Assembly: GCF_000143415.4 (NCBI RefSeq)
Contig: NW_003314289.1
Span: 1,730,293 to 1,794,292 of the forward strand
Length of the DNA: 64,000 nucleotides
Direction of reading: 5' to 3'
Source of the DNA: Selaginella moellendorffii
Taxonomy: Eukaryota; Plantae; Lycopodiophyta
Below are positions 23,440 through 37,399 of this stretch, piece by piece. Each line of letters starts with the position of its first letter. The stretch's first letter is position 1. Made by a program: the position numbers and the translations under genes. The notes under the pieces are model-generated. The model searched no databases. It saw nothing but the letters and a program-made list of their open reading frames with translations, and was not told the DNA's origin.

Positions 23440-25900
23440 CTATTCCCTTTTTAAATCCCTTTGATAATTTTTGTGTTGCAATAGTTGATTAGCTCATGAA
23501 GGAGTATGCTGATCTCTTTGAATTTAGCTTATCATCTAGGGCTAAGATTGCAATATGTTATCCTATTTTAATTAAGGATGCTTATTCAATCAAAAGTCCT
23601 ATTTATTATTGATCACTAAAAAAGATCTCAAGGAGATGTTGGAAAAGGGTGTTATTTAAAAGTTGTAGAGTATTTGGGTGTGTGAACATCATCTTGTAAC
23701 AAAGTTTAATAAGAGTATTCATTTCTACATTAACTATCGTTCATAAAATGAAGTTTTGATCCCGAATGTGTACCTTCTTACTTACACTACTAATGTCCTA
23801 GATCGTCTGGGGGGAAGTTGATTCACTAAGTTAGATTTTGCCTCTAGGTATTAGTAAGTGTTGATGGTTGAAGAAGATATTTCCAAGACTATTTTTTGTA
23901 CATTATTTGGTTTGTACGAATTCTTGGTGATGTCGTTTGGTTTTAACAATGTTCCATCGACTTTTTAATGGATGATGAACAAATTTTTTTGTGATATACC
24001 GAAAATGATTGCTGACTTCATCAATGATGTCTTGATTCACTTGGAAGGGATGTAGGAGGAACACATTTATGATGTTCATAAGGTGTTGCAATGATTGGCC
24101 GAGGGAAGTTATTTAAAGTTAAAACAATCAAAGAGCATATTTAGGTCCAAGAACACTATTTATTTTGGGTATTATATTTCTCATGAAAGTTTGCAAGTTG
24201 ATTCTAACAAATTTATAGTTATTCTCAAGTTCCCTACTCTAAAATATGTGAATGATGTGGCAATATCTTAGCCATTTCATTGATCATCTTTTTAATCATA
24301 TTGCACTATTGTGAGCATTGTTGAAGTTGTTAACATTATCTTTCATTTGGTCTATGGATCAGGCATTTAGGGATCTCAAAGAGTTGTTGATAACTTTTTT
24401 AGTTTTGGTGTATCCTCATTACACCACTTTATGTATGGATGTTTCTAATATCGATTTTAGAGGTGTGTTGATACAAAAAAGCTTGAGTATACCTGATCAA
24501 TACCATCCCATTACATATATCAATCTTACATTACAACCAATAGAGGTGAATTAATCCACAATAAAGGAGTGTTTAACAGTAATTTAGGGTTTTGAGAAAC
24601 TTCATACATATCTGGTTCTCAAACATTATTACAAGTTGATCATGTAGCAATTACTTCATTATTGAAGTGGAAGAACTTGACTAATCATACTGTTTGGTGG
24701 GCATTGAAGTTTTAAATATATAATTTTGATGTTATTCATTGCTTAAGGAGTTTTATAACTGATGCTAATGCCCTTTCTCGAACTCTTCTTCCTTTTTCAC
24801 TCTCTTCTTATATTTTTTACAAGCTTGTTATTTCAGCATTTATAGATTTTTTGGATAAGGATTCAATGTTGTTGGCGATTGTTATAATTGATGTTTAGTG
24901 TCCACAAGGTGCAGAGCTAGATTTACCTTCTTTTGACAAGGTTTGTGAGGCTCAAAAGATTGAGCTATGGATCTGAAGGCTTCACAATAGGTTTGAGAAT
25001 CTTACATCACTTGCTAATGACTTGCCATGTTTATTTACATTCTCAATATTGTCTTAAAAACTACCTTTTTTATTTTGTAGGGACGGATCTTGATGATTAT
25101 TTATGGCTAGTGGTGCTTTCAATTATTATTCCATACTTTCTCCATGCCTACCATAATTCTCCTATTCTAAATAGGCATATGGAACATCATCGTGTGATTG
25201 AGAAGATGCACAGATTTTTCTATTAGCTGAAGATGTGATATGATATTATCTTGTATAAACGTAGTTGTATTTGGTGCTAAACTCATAATATTACCCTTCA
25301 TGCTACAGAAGAACAATTATAATCAATTGTAGTTTCTTGTCCATTTAAGTTGGTGGCATTTAACTTGATAGAGCCTTTTTTATAGTCAATTGTTGGCAAT
25401 AAGTATGTCATTATTACTTCTGACTACCTAACTCACTAGGTAAAAGTTGATGCTTTTGCTAATGGTGTTCCAACTTTACTATCCAAAGTGGATTCTTTTA
25501 GAGATCTCTACTATAGCTTAGATGTGGATCTTGTGGGACACAATGATGGAGGCTTGGGCTAGGCTAGACTTTGGTGTTCCAAGTTCTCTAGATTATGGTC
25601 TTGCACTTATGGATTAGGTATTTCATATTTTAATGTCTTGGTTAAAAATACACCAAACTTTCATGAATGCTTATTATCTATAGTTAAATGGTTTATTAGA
25701 ATAATTTATTTGGACCTTTAAAGGGATGATTGTGAAGTACGTGAATTTTCAATATTCGGATTAAAATAGTTATTTGGCATTTCTTTGGTATATATATGTT
25801 ACAAATGTGCAAAGTTCTATTGGTGTTTTACTATATAAACTCCTATATAGTCATGATTCAATACTACTAATAGAGTTGACTTTACCTTTGCAATTGCTAT
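23440..25900 (+). mobile_element. Decayed Ty3/gypsy pol (RT-RNase H-integrase), old family
   Basis: RT remnants [20 protein letters not shown] and DFINDVLIH, plus RNase H and integrase remnants. Multiple stops and frameshifts. Confidence 0.8.
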
Positions 25901-25904
25901 AAAT

Positions 25905-26074
25905 TATTGATATTAGGTTTTAAGATCAGTATTTGATGAGCATTCTTCCACTAGTTTGAGTATTGATATTAGGTTTTAAGATCAGTATTTGATGAGCATT
26001 CTTCCACTAGTTTGAGTATTGATATTAGGTTTTAAGATCAGTATTTGATGAACATTCTTCCATTGGTCTGAGTA
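25905..26074 (+). repeat. 56-bp head-to-tail tandem repeat x3 (copy at 39865-40034)
   Basis: TATTGATATTAGGTTTTAAGATCAG... starts at 25905, 25961 and 26017. Single-copy in the paralog near 62720. Confidence 0.9.
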
Positions 26075-26092
26075 GAGTCTACAAAACACCTA

Positions 26093-29000
26093 TGCAAACT
26101 CCTGAATTTAGACTTCCTAAGAGGTCACCCAACCCAGTATTATTTAAACCCAAAGACATTTAACCCAAGTATCTCAAGACCTTTAACCAATTGAAAAAGG
26201 GAGTGCATTCTTATTCATGGGCCCTTTCCCTTTATATTTGAACCTCATGAATTGTCTCTCAAGTCATTCTCTTTAGTTACTTATAATCCATCACACTTCC
26301 CTGCAAGTTAACGCCCTTGTGAATAAAAGCTAAGAGCCGTAGCTCTCCCGAGAGCCCCACTCTCTTAACACCCTACCGCTCAAGTCAAGCTCAGTCGGAG
26401 GCAAATTGGACCTGCCAGATGTCAACATATGGTGTGATTCCTCTAAGCAATCAATAGAGTTAAACTCGAGACCTGTTCTAATACCAAATTGTAAGCCACA
26501 AATTTTTCTTTTCTAATTTATTAGCTTATCTTGTTTATTCGACCACCACAGCCTTTGCCTTAGTTAAGTTCCCTTGCCAAGGTTCCTGCTTATTGTAGTA
26601 GCTCCTACTTGGTCCTATTTGGTTTCAACAATTCATTATACAAATAACGAAGAGTTAGCCATCCATCCATGGATTTCTAAATTCTCTCCCAATCCCCCTC
26701 CCTAGGTTAGATTGGACTTAAGGTTTAGCTACATTCCCTGCAAACATAAGCAGCCAAACACACCAAGCCTCCATCCCTTAGTACAACAAGACTTAATTAT
26801 AAGACCTTTTAAATCCTAAGCCTTGGATGCAACACTTACTTTGGGACATCGGGGGAAAACACTATGGTTTAATAGCCTGATATGGGTACCCTTACTCCCC
26901 CACTTCCAGGCCCAAGCCCCTAAAAAGGGTAAGGACTAATGAGCCACAAGGTACTCTATGAGCCGAGAGCATCATAGTCATTTTCCCTTTTGAGAGTGGG
27001 AGTTGTTCCTGAGCACTTCTTTGGGTGGCCTCTCCAGTACCACCCAAGTCCATGCTCACTCCCACCCAAGGCCCCTCAGCCCCAACCTCAACCTCAAGTC
27101 ATTTTAGAAGCACTATTGGAAAGTTCTTTCAAGACTATTTCTTAGACCTCACTATCCCTATTATACTTTTGGAACCCCCTATAGCACCCCCCCCAGGGAA
27201 ACACATGATTTGGCTTTTCACCCCATGAATTGTATTATTATTTGAACTCGGTCTCGGACCCGATCTCGGACTCAACCTCTAACTTGGACTCTGTTTCAGA
27301 CTCGATCTCGAACTCAGTTTCAGACTCGATCTTGGACTCGGTCTCAAACTCAGTATCAGAGTCGGTCTTAGACTCAGTCTCATCCGATAAACTCTTTATT
27401 ATTTTGGTCATGATTTCAGGGATCCTTTAGCCTATAACACATTGAAGATTTGGTTCCTTATAACTCCACTACCCATAGAAGAAGTTCGATGCCCACATCA
27501 AACTTCTCATTTTTATCCTATGACTTGTTGACCATGTCTCCGGGGGCATCCCCCCACTTAACAGTGTGCCTAAGTTAGCGTCCCTAGCCAAGAGCCCATG
27601 ACAACAAAGTATAGATGTCCTTATACGCCTCACTTCAGCACGCCCTAGTACGGGGTTAGGACTTGAACCCAACCTTGCTTTACTAGAGGGTTGGGACTTG
27701 AACCCAACTTCCATAAAATATGTCTACAGATTCGACATCTCTGTGGGGAGTCGAGCATAGTTCCCTACTTTTGGTTGACCTAGCTAACCCATGCTCATTA
27801 GCTTACCTTCAGCGTGCCTTTGGGTCCCAACATATCACATTGCTCAATTTCTCAAATAGATTCTTTAATTGAATTTTGCATAAGTACATAGAATTCTACC
27901 TTGCAAAAATTCCTCCACTAAATCTTGTGCATTCACTAGGTTTTCCTCCGGTTCCTATGTTACTTCGCAATGTGGAAATTCTTTCCACTTCACATAGAAC
28001 TCCCTCACCTTGCGTCCTTATTACTTGCTCTTACGTGCATTGAGGATGCCTTCAACTTCGTATTCCTTTTTCCCTTAGATAACCTCAGCGAAAGGTTTTA
28101 TTTGGTCCTTGCGAAATGGATCCTTAAAGTACAGCTTGAGTAAGTTCATGTGGAACACAAGGTGCATCTTCCCCATCTCCCGAGGAAGTCGAAGGCGATA
28201 AGCTGCCTTACCAATTCGAGCCTCAATATCATAAGACCCCACGAACCTGTTTAAAGAACTCAAGATCAGTTCATTTCCAAAAATGCATGCATTTTACCTT
28301 TGGGTCAACTTCTACCTAATCCCACTTGATAACCTTAGGTTCTTGGTATTTAGCCACACTTTATCCCTAGGTTAAAACTCTACATCTAGGTGCTTTTGAT
28401 TCACATATTTAATTTACATTTGCTGAGTCCGTTCTAAGGAATCCCTCACTAAATTCTAAATGTTGAGTCTTTCTGCTGTGAACGCCTCCACTACAGGTAA
28501 CTCTCCATGATACTCAGCCATATTGAATTTCACAGGACCTTCAATAACTCGCCCATTGATGACTTCTCATGGACTCACCCCAATACTCGAATGTGGTGAG
28601 CTATTATAACACATTTTTGCAAGTCCCAAATGACTTACCCAATCAATTTGGTTTCCAAAGACATACCATCGCAAATAATCCTCCAGCTACCTATTTACAC
28701 TTTCTATTTTTTCATCTATCAAAAAGTGTTAGTGCCATCAAACTTGATTTAATACCCATTACCTGTCTGTGGATGATAAACTATGCTAAATTTCAACTTG
28801 GTGCGATATTGTTTTAGGAGAGTTCTTTAGAACCTACTAGTGAAGATCTTATCTAGATTTGAGATAATCTCTTTTGGCCTTCTTTGCACTTGAACCACTT
28901 GTTTAAAGAACAACTTCACCACACTTTCTACATCCACTTCTGTTGTGATGGGTATGCCATTTTCAAAAATCAATCCATCACTACGAATATTGCATCAAAC

Positions 29001-29224
29001 CTCTCATTTGAGGGGAGTCCTGTGATGAAGTCCATTATAAGATATTTCATAAACGATCTAGAATTATGAGGCTTTGTAATAAGCTCTCACTAGCCTTAGT
29101 CACGGCTTTGACCTACTGACATATTAGACATGTCTTTACATAATCCTAGATATCTTTAGCCATATTTAGCTAGTGATACTTCCTCTTAAGTAAGCCCATC
29201 GTTTTGGGCACTCCACCATATCCT
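26093..29224 (-). mobile_element. Truncated duplicate of the Cassandra/chromovirus composite element
   Basis: Cassandra LTR and internal domain (26093-26489), chromovirus LTR from 26490, then 3' region, chromodomain and integrase. Equals 40053-43184 at offset 13,960. Confidence 0.8.
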
Positions 29225-32200
29225 GCTCATAGTCTATGGACCAAATGAAAGATGATGTTGACAAGTTCAACAATACTCACAACGGTTTTGTATAATAAAA
29301 AAAATGATCAATGAAACAACTAAGATATTGCATCTTGCCTAAAAAGTGTTGCACATCATTCACACACTTTAGAGTAAGGAACTTAAGAATAACTACAAAT
29401 TTTTCAAGATCAACTTGCAAACCTTCATGAGAAATACAGTACCCAAGATAACTAGTTGTGAGACACAAAATCCCTAGGCCCCAAAGTGGAGCTGAAAGGG
29501 CACAACGTGGTAGTGGCCGAAGCGAAAGCTAAATGAGCATAACACGTTTGGACTAAAAGCTCTGACTTGAAAAGGTTGAGAGTTGGAGTGGAACTCCCAA
29601 CAAAGTGCTCGAGGAACAAGCACGAGGCGAGCCATGAGTGAGTCTCTAGAAAAGGGGACACAAGAGGACCAAAACATGACACGTGGAAGTGTCTGAGATG
29701 GAGTCCGAGGTGGAGTCTAAGGTGGAGTCCGAGATGGAGTCCGAGGTGGAGTCCGAGGTGGACCCAAGATGGAGTTCGAGATAGACCCGAGATGGAGTCT
29801 GAGATGGAGTCTGAGATGGACCCAAAATGGAATCCGAGATGGAGTCCGAGAATTTATATATAAAATTTTGATTTGATTGGTGATCAATGATAAGTAGGAA
29901 TTATGATTGGACAAACATCTCCAATGGAATAAAATGATGTGTTGCAATCTTAGCCCCAGACGACAAATCAAATTCAAAGAGATTAGCATACTCCTTCATG
30001 AGTCGGTCAACCACTACAACACAAAAATCATTGAAGGGATCTAAAGAGGGAATAAAGGAACAAAATAGAAACATAAGAGGAAATAATGAAGCGACAAAAG
30101 TGATAAAGGCAAAAGGACAAAAAAGAACAGAAATGAGAGGAATACAAAAAATATAAGGAAGTATAAGACAATGGGAAAAGTAATAAAGTCACATTTGACA
30201 TGATTGTGCTGTAACCAATCCATATAAAGGATGAGGGCAAAAACTTGACTCAGCAGCACCCGCAACAACTACAGTTTAAGCTCGAGATCTCCCACACGCA
30301 TAACTAAGTCTACCTTATTCCATGGACATGCATATGTACAACTGTTGTCATAAAGAATGAAAACTAACTCTGCCACATGACATAAATGTAGATAGCAACA
30401 TGTGACCATAAACTAAGCAATAGAAGATAAACTCAAGCTTATATTAACTAATATAGATAGAATAATATGAGACATCTTATTATAAAAATGAGCTTGGAAA
30501 GTAAATACTGGATGAGCTTGTGCCAAATAAACCCCTTGATAATACTCTCGAAAAAAAAATGGAAGGGTCACAGATTTATTCACACAAGGACCCTCTACTA
30601 CTTGTACGACTCCTTGTTTCTCAAAAACATCTTGGTGTCCTGACCTTCCACTGCAGCAGCACCAACAGGTTGTTGTTAACGCCAGGGTTTCCACCCAGAA
30701 AATAAAGGTTGCTAATCCGAAAAATGCTAACATGACCAATTTCATCACATGTTTATGAGACACAAATCCCTAAGCCCCAAAGTGTCACAAATCCCTAATC
30801 CCCAAAGTGGAGCTGAAAGGGTGCCATATGGTAGTGGCCAAAGCAGAAGCCACGAGCATAACACATTTGGGACTAAAAGCTCTGACTTGGACAGTCGAAA
30901 GTGGGAGTGGAAATACCAATGAAGTGCTCGAGAAACAAGCATGAAGCAAGCAGTAAGTGAGTCTCTAGGAAAGGGATACAAAAGGACCAATACATGACAC
31001 ATGGAAGTGTTAAAATGTAGTCTAAAATGGACCCGAGACGGAGTTTGAGATGAAGTCCAAGATGGAGTCTGAGAAGAAGTTTGAGATAGACCCAAGATGG
31101 AGTTTGATATGGACCTGAGATGGAGTCTAATATGGACCTAAAAGGGACTTGAGATGGAGTCTAAGATGGACCTAAGATGGATCCAAGATGGACCTAAGAT
31201 GGAACCGAGATGGAGTTCGAGGTCGAGTCTGAGATGGACTTGAGAGAGAGTCTAAGGTTGAGGCTGAGAAAGAGATTGAGACCGAGACTAAGAAAGAGAC
31301 CGAGGCCGAGACCGAGATCGAGATTGAGATTGAGACTGAGATCGAGATCAAAACCGAAATCGAAACCGAAACCAAGACCAAGTCTGAGTCTAAGTCCAAG
31401 TTCGAGTCCGAGGGTGAAAGCCCAAAGCATTCATCTCCTAAACCCTAGGGGGTTTGGTGAGCTCCAAAAGTATAGTAAGGGGAGGATTTTAATAGAACTA
31501 GTTTAGCTAGGAAAGGTTAGTGTGACCAAGGAAGGTTATACCCATGTGTTGGGTGATGATATATCCACTAAAGCTTGAGTGAATACAAATAGACAAGCAG
31601 GGTAATTTGGTGAAATGTTCAAAAACCGGCTTTAGCTCCCTTGGGAGATCAAATGGTCAATACTCTCAATCCAGGTTTGAGTGGCATTACCTATTTAGAT
31701 ACCTAGTGTGGCTTATTAAAACCTCACTCTAGCCACATGGTTAGGCACCTAAGGGCGAAAGGTGGGGAGAGTACCTATGAAGCTTGTGTAAGGTTGCGGT
31801 GTTTCGAAATGTTGTCTTAAAGTCAAAGACTATAGAAAGGAAGAGGAGCAATAGTGACTAAAGACACGATCACATGGTGAGGAAGTCCCAAAGGACAGTG
31901 GGATTTAGTGGTTAGGCTTTTGATCCTTGACATACTGATGGGGTTGATGAGCATAGCCCTGGATGAAAAAGCACTTGGTAGGGACAAAAGAAGGGATATT
32001 GGGGAAGGGTGTTTCACATGTTTCTGAGCATCCTAAGGGTGCTAAAGTGTGGTCAAAGGATGACCATTCATGGATGAATGGCTTAATCTTTGAGAGATAA
32101 GATTGTGATGTAGGTGATCTTGGATTACTGATATGATAAAGGTGAATGGGTATGGCCTTAGTATAATAAGTGGATATATCAATAGTACCTTTGGGTGTTA

Positions 32201-32946
32201 GTTATGAGATCAGAAATATATACTACTTAAACCAAGTGCAAAGGTTAAATGCCATATATACTATTCACGAGGCTAGCATATCCCCAAGTCCTAAATAAGA
32301 CTTATGGAGGTTGTGAGTGAGACTCCTCCAAATAGTTAAAGGTGTGGTTAAATGATTAAAGTAGAATGGAAAAATTAATCACTTATAATGCCTAGCAGCA
32401 GACATCATGACCATGACTATATCCTTGCCTTTGTCTATAAACTCGGGAAGTAATAGCATCACTATTAAAATAGAACCATTTCCCATAGAAAGAGAAGAAG
32501 AAATGATGCACTATAACATTGTGCCAAGCAAAGAGTATTATTTGGCTCTACATAAAGCAAGAAGCTCAAAAATAAATGCTAAATTGCATCATTAACTTAG
32601 ATAGTCCTTGATGAAGACAAACCAATTGTTAAAATACATCATCATAATCATTGACATGTTCAAATATGCATTTCAAAATGTTTAGGAAAATGCTCCAATC
32701 TACATGTGTGTGGTTGATTTTTGGGATGATATTCAGCATTTACGTGAGTTTCCCACATATCTCCAATGGACAGTGTTGCAATAATATAATGATTTGAGCA
32801 CCAAAAGATGATTGCTATCTTCATTGGGAAGTGTATGATTGCCAGAATATAAAGAATATTAGTGGGCAATGCATCAAAGTAATTAAACCTCCAAGGATTA
32901 GACCATTCTCTAGTACAAAAATTCTAGATGAAATAGTTAGCATCTG

Positions 32947-33537
32947 TCTCTCTGCAGTTGCAATCATGCAACGCTTTTTTGAGTGCCAAGAGGCCTGCCT
33001 GTTGACCAGTTTGACTCCAAGGAAGATCTGATGAACACATTGCTTACATTGTGTTTCAGAGCAGTTTGCTCTTGCATTCCGTTCAGATGGGAGCTTGACT
33101 GGTTTTTAGTTATCTAGCACCACAATCTGTTACCGTCTTTAACAACAGACTGTGCATCGACGGCAGGTTCATGCTCTTCATGCCCCCTTCAGCTGCTGAA
33201 ACAACAGTTCTTTTGTGTCACTCACTAAGATTTTAGTTTTGGCTTTTGAAGCTTTCGTTTTGCTTTTACACGGGTAAGAGTATGTGCCTTTTCTGCCAAG
33301 CACCTCGGTCTGCAAGACACAGTGGGTATCAGCCCGGACTGTAATCCCAACAACCGAGCCTCTCCAAATAATAAGAAGTTAAAAGGTACATACCTAAGTT
33401 CTTGCAGCTTTTAAACTGCCGGCTGGAGATGCAGTATTAGATGAGCTCTATGTGTTGGCTACAAGGATGCTGCAGTGTGGGAAAATACAAATCCTTTGAT
33501 CAATTTTAAAGGCAAGGCAGCAGCTGCTCCAGTTTGA
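32947..33537 (+). pseudogene. 3' fragment of the patatin gene co-duplicated with ICS copy 3
   Basis: Near-identical to 18987-19577 and carries the same lesions. Confidence 0.9.
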
Positions 33538-33940
33538 AGATGCAACAAACGATTGCTGTATCATACTAGAGGCATTCATGCGAAGGCAAGAAAGGAAATA
33601 TAGAGATTCTTTGGGACACCATTCTCTAGAGACTAGCATTTGTACACAAAAAGTTCCTTGTTCTACATGGTTGTGAAAAGAATCAAACGTTGTCAAAAGA
33701 AACAAACAAGAAACTGCGTGTGAAGCTTCATGGTCAGTTGTGTGACTTTGTCAATCGCGTTCTATTTTCCCAGCCCACGTTTGAGAATTTTCCAGTCAAG
33801 CGCGTAGGTACCGGGAAGGCGGGCGGCTTCCTGGTATAAAAGCCCAACCAGGGAAACCCAGACAATTCATCGATCCCAGTCTGCAATCTTCCATCCTCTA
33901 GCCTGAAATTTGAGATTTTCTCTTTTTCTTCATAACACCC

Positions 33941-35506
33941 ATGGCAAGTTCATATCCAAAGGACAAGATTGCATTCCTGTACATCCACAGAGAGAGTGGT
34001 GAGATTGGCTTCGTCTCACAATCTGCGTCCAGGCATGTCCCAGTACTAGCAGCAAAGTGTGATTTCTTGTTCTCCTCCATGGTCGCGAGTGACAAGGCGG
34101 AAGATTTAGAGGCTGCTAAGCAGGCCACACGCTCAGTTGCTCCAGAGATGAACAAGTACACCATTTCCATGCTTGGAGCAGCAGCTGACCAGGAGTGGAC
34201 AGCCACCGTCTACGAGAGATACATTGGGAACGGGTTCGAGGGCGTGGTTTTCATCCAGGATCCCAATCTCCAGGAGGAGGACGGCGAGAGCATGAGCTAT
34301 CTGGCCTCTCTGCTGCTGGACAACGGCGTCATGACCAGAGATTGCCTTCTGGAGCCCTCCAGCTCGCACACACCTCAAGAGGTGGACGACATCACCTCCC
34401 AAGTTGTGGACATCATCGAGAAGAATTACATCCACTTCCCAAAGCACGACCAGTGGTTCACAAGTGGGGGCAAGCAGAGGTTTGCGGACAAGGTGAGGTA
34501 CCACGTCGCAAGAAACATTCCACTCGAGTTCGTCTTGCCCGCATTTCCAGTCAAGTCGTGCAATCCCGACAAGACTCTGGGAAAGTGCCCGGACAAGGCC
34601 GAGGAGCTGGCCATCCATTCCATGAAGATTGTTGCGGATCTCATCAAGGCCGTGTATGCTCCAGGCGTGCACTACAACGTCGCCTCGGATGGCCATGTCT
34701 TCTCTGATCTCGTCGGCTCGGACGACGCTGCTGTGGATTCTTACGGCGAGATGTTTTGGGAGATGGCACACAATCTGTATCCCGGCCTTGTCAATTTCTT
34801 TCGCCTGGATGAGTTTCTGCTGGACAACCACAGTGACAAAGACATTGCAAAGCTTATCTCCAACACCACCGTGGAGCATCCCGTTGCGACTGAGCTCACC
34901 GCCAATGCAGAGAATGCCAGGCGAGCTCTCATGTGCTTGTTTGGATGTGACGAGTCAACCGTCACCAAGGAGATCAAGGAGGACCCGGAGACACGCAATC
35001 TATATCGTGGCTTCTCCAGGTTCATGCTCGAGGACTTGTACGAACACAAGAGCTGCAAGAATCTCCCGTCAAAGTCGGCCAAGAAGAAGCTGTGCAGCCA
35101 GGTTGCCTTCCTCATGATCCTCAGGAACCGTGCATACTCGGCCATGGTGGAGTGGCTCTTCCCTTTGCAGCTGCGCATTTCCATCCACCCGCATCCAAAC
35201 AGAGGTCCCAAGTATGGCATCAACATCATCCATTCCTCTCTAGTGGCAGCGCAGCGTTCTTCCGAGGAGAAGAACTTCCACATCCCAACACCATGGCACA
35301 ACGCGGTGGTGGAGCTGGCAGATGGCAAGTTCATGCTGCTGCACTCCAAAGTCATCCGAGGTTCGAGTATGCAGGCCACAGAAATGGCCTGTGAGCAGCT
35401 CGAGTTGAGTCAACAGTTGGTTCTCAAGCGTCAAGGCTACAGAATGACGCTGGTGACATATCCAGACGGCAGACCCAGCCACTACAGGCAGGTCAGTGTC
35501 TGCTAA
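33941..35506 (+). CDS. Isocyanide synthase, DIT1/PvcA family, copy 3 (521 aa; protein identical to copy 2)
   Basis: Intact ORF with the same motifs. Confidence 0.92.
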   Translation: MASSYPKDKIAFLYIHRESGEIGFVSQSASRHVPVLAAKCDFLFSSMVASDKAEDLEAAKQATRSVAPEMNKYTISMLGAAADQEWTATVYERYIGNGFEGVVFIQDPNLQEEDGESMSYLASLLLDNGVMTRDCLLEPSSSHTPQEVDDITSQVVDIIEKNYIHFPKHDQWFTSGGKQRFADKVRYHVARNIPLEFVLPAFPVKSCNPDKTLGKCPDKAEELAIHSMKIVADLIKAVYAPGVHYNVASDGHVFSDLVGSDDAAVDSYGEMFWEMAHNLYPGLVNFFRLDEFLLDNHSDKDIAKLISNTTVEHPVATELTANAENARRALMCLFGCDESTVTKEIKEDPETRNLYRGFSRFMLEDLYEHKSCKNLPSKSAKKKLCSQVAFLMILRNRAYSAMVEWLFPLQLRISIHPHPNRGPKYGINIIHSSLVAAQRSSEEKNFHIPTPWHNAVVELADGKFMLLHSKVIRGSSMQATEMACEQLELSQQLVLKRQGYRMTLVTYPDGRPSHYRQVSVC

Positions 35507-37399
35507 TATGTGATAGACGGTTTTGATTCTGGGTAAATTCCCTCAGGCCCATTTTTTTGTAAATTTTAAAAAGAGTAAATACCATTTTCTCTCTCACTTC
35601 TTTGTCTCCATCTGGAATTCTAAAAATGAACCGTACAAACAGAAGAAATAGAGAACATATTGTTGACTGTATAGTGCTTCCTCTGTTACTACAAATATAT
35701 GAATACCATTACAGCAGTATAGGGGTCACTACTAACTTTGACAATCTTTTACTTCCGCTCCTTCTCTGGATCAATGTTGTGAAGAAGAAGCCCTGGATTG
35801 AAAATTCCTCAATACTGACACTATTCACCGCCTAAGTTTTACGCTGTGTATATTTCAGTCCAATTTTGTAAGCGGCTCAAGCTGCACAACACGTTACATG
35901 CTTCGCTCCAGCGTAGGCCATCCTGTCTCCAAAAGGACGAGACGTGGTCTTTGGCAACTTGAGAACTTTAGGATGTGTTTGACAAGCCTTCTTTTTGAAA
36001 CAAAGGTTTTTGCAGGACAATGTCATACGTCATCTATAGTCAAGTGGAATTTGTGGTCAAAGAATGTTTGCTACTTGTTTTGCGTTAAACACGTGTTTTA
36101 AGAGCAGGAAAGCAGCAAGAAGCTACCTGTTTTCTTTATGCAAAGTCTCAACCGTCTGATATATAAAATGTAACTATGGTTCTTGTCAGAATTAGATGGC
36201 CTGACTTTCTATGGCAAGTTTGGATTCACATCAGATTCTCTTCTTTTTATGGAGCTTGCTTCCCTGGTATTTGTTTTCTTCTTTGTTGACTTACATAGTT
36301 CAAGTATACATTACCATGGTAAAGGAGTTCCAGCGCAAACTATCAGAGCGAGATATGTACTGTAGGCCCGTGCTTTGCCACCATTGCCTCCATCATACCA
36401 GTGCTTCACCCTTGCATTCAGCTCCATCGTTGTACGACTCAGACCACTCGCTAGCCAAAATTCGAACGACTGCATACTAGGTAAAGTCATGCCGCTGCCA
36501 ATGGCTGACCTGTTCATTCTTTTTCTTGGCCGTACATCATGTACCTCCTCATGATTAACAATTTTATTCATAAACATTCACATGGTTTTGTTTGTGTGGC
36601 TTATATTAAATTACTATGAATATACCTTGAAAGCATACACACCTGGGGGTTGTAACGTATGGCTGTGCTAAACACCCATGACTGGATTTCCATGGAAATA
36701 GCAGACATTTTGTGTCATCAAGATGCCAGGTATGTGAAGCACTCAATGTGGAATCAAAAGTCAAGTGGGGCTTCCCAGGGACATGAGGAGTGGCCTCGTT
36801 TGCATTGAGGACTGGGGACCCCAGTATGCTCGACGTCATGTCACAGACAACACTCTCAATGCTGTTGGAGAAAAACTTTTGTCCTTCTGCTATGCAGTAT
36901 AGGAATGTCAGTGGCCTGGACACACACTGGGAGGCTACACTTGTGAGGCATGGATCCTTGCAAGGCTTACATGGTCTCATACTGTGTGCTGCCTCAGAAA
37001 CTCTGGATGAGGAGCTCAGCACGGCCTGACTTTCTATGGCAAGTTTGGATTCACATCAAATTCTCTTCTTTTTATGGAGCTTGCTTCCCTTGTTGACTTA
37101 CATAGTTCAAGTGTACATGGTAAGGCTTACCATGGTAGGAGTTCCAGTGCAAACTATCAGAGTGAGATATGTACTGTAGACCCATGCTTTGACACCATTG
37201 CCTCTATCATACCAGTGCTTCACTGTTGCATAGAGGAGATATGTGCTGTATGGCCAAGAAAAAGAATGCCATTGGCAGTGGCATGACGTTATCTGATATG
37301 CCGTTGTTTGAATTTTGGCGAGCGAGTGGTCTGAGTTGTACCATGATTCTTTTTCTTGGCTGTAGAACATGTATCCAAGCATAACTCACAAACATTCTT

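Noticed and set aside
25905-26074. Regular repeats that might suggest a CRISPR array
   Set aside because: Head-to-tail 56-bp units with no unique spacers, no cas genes and a eukaryotic context.
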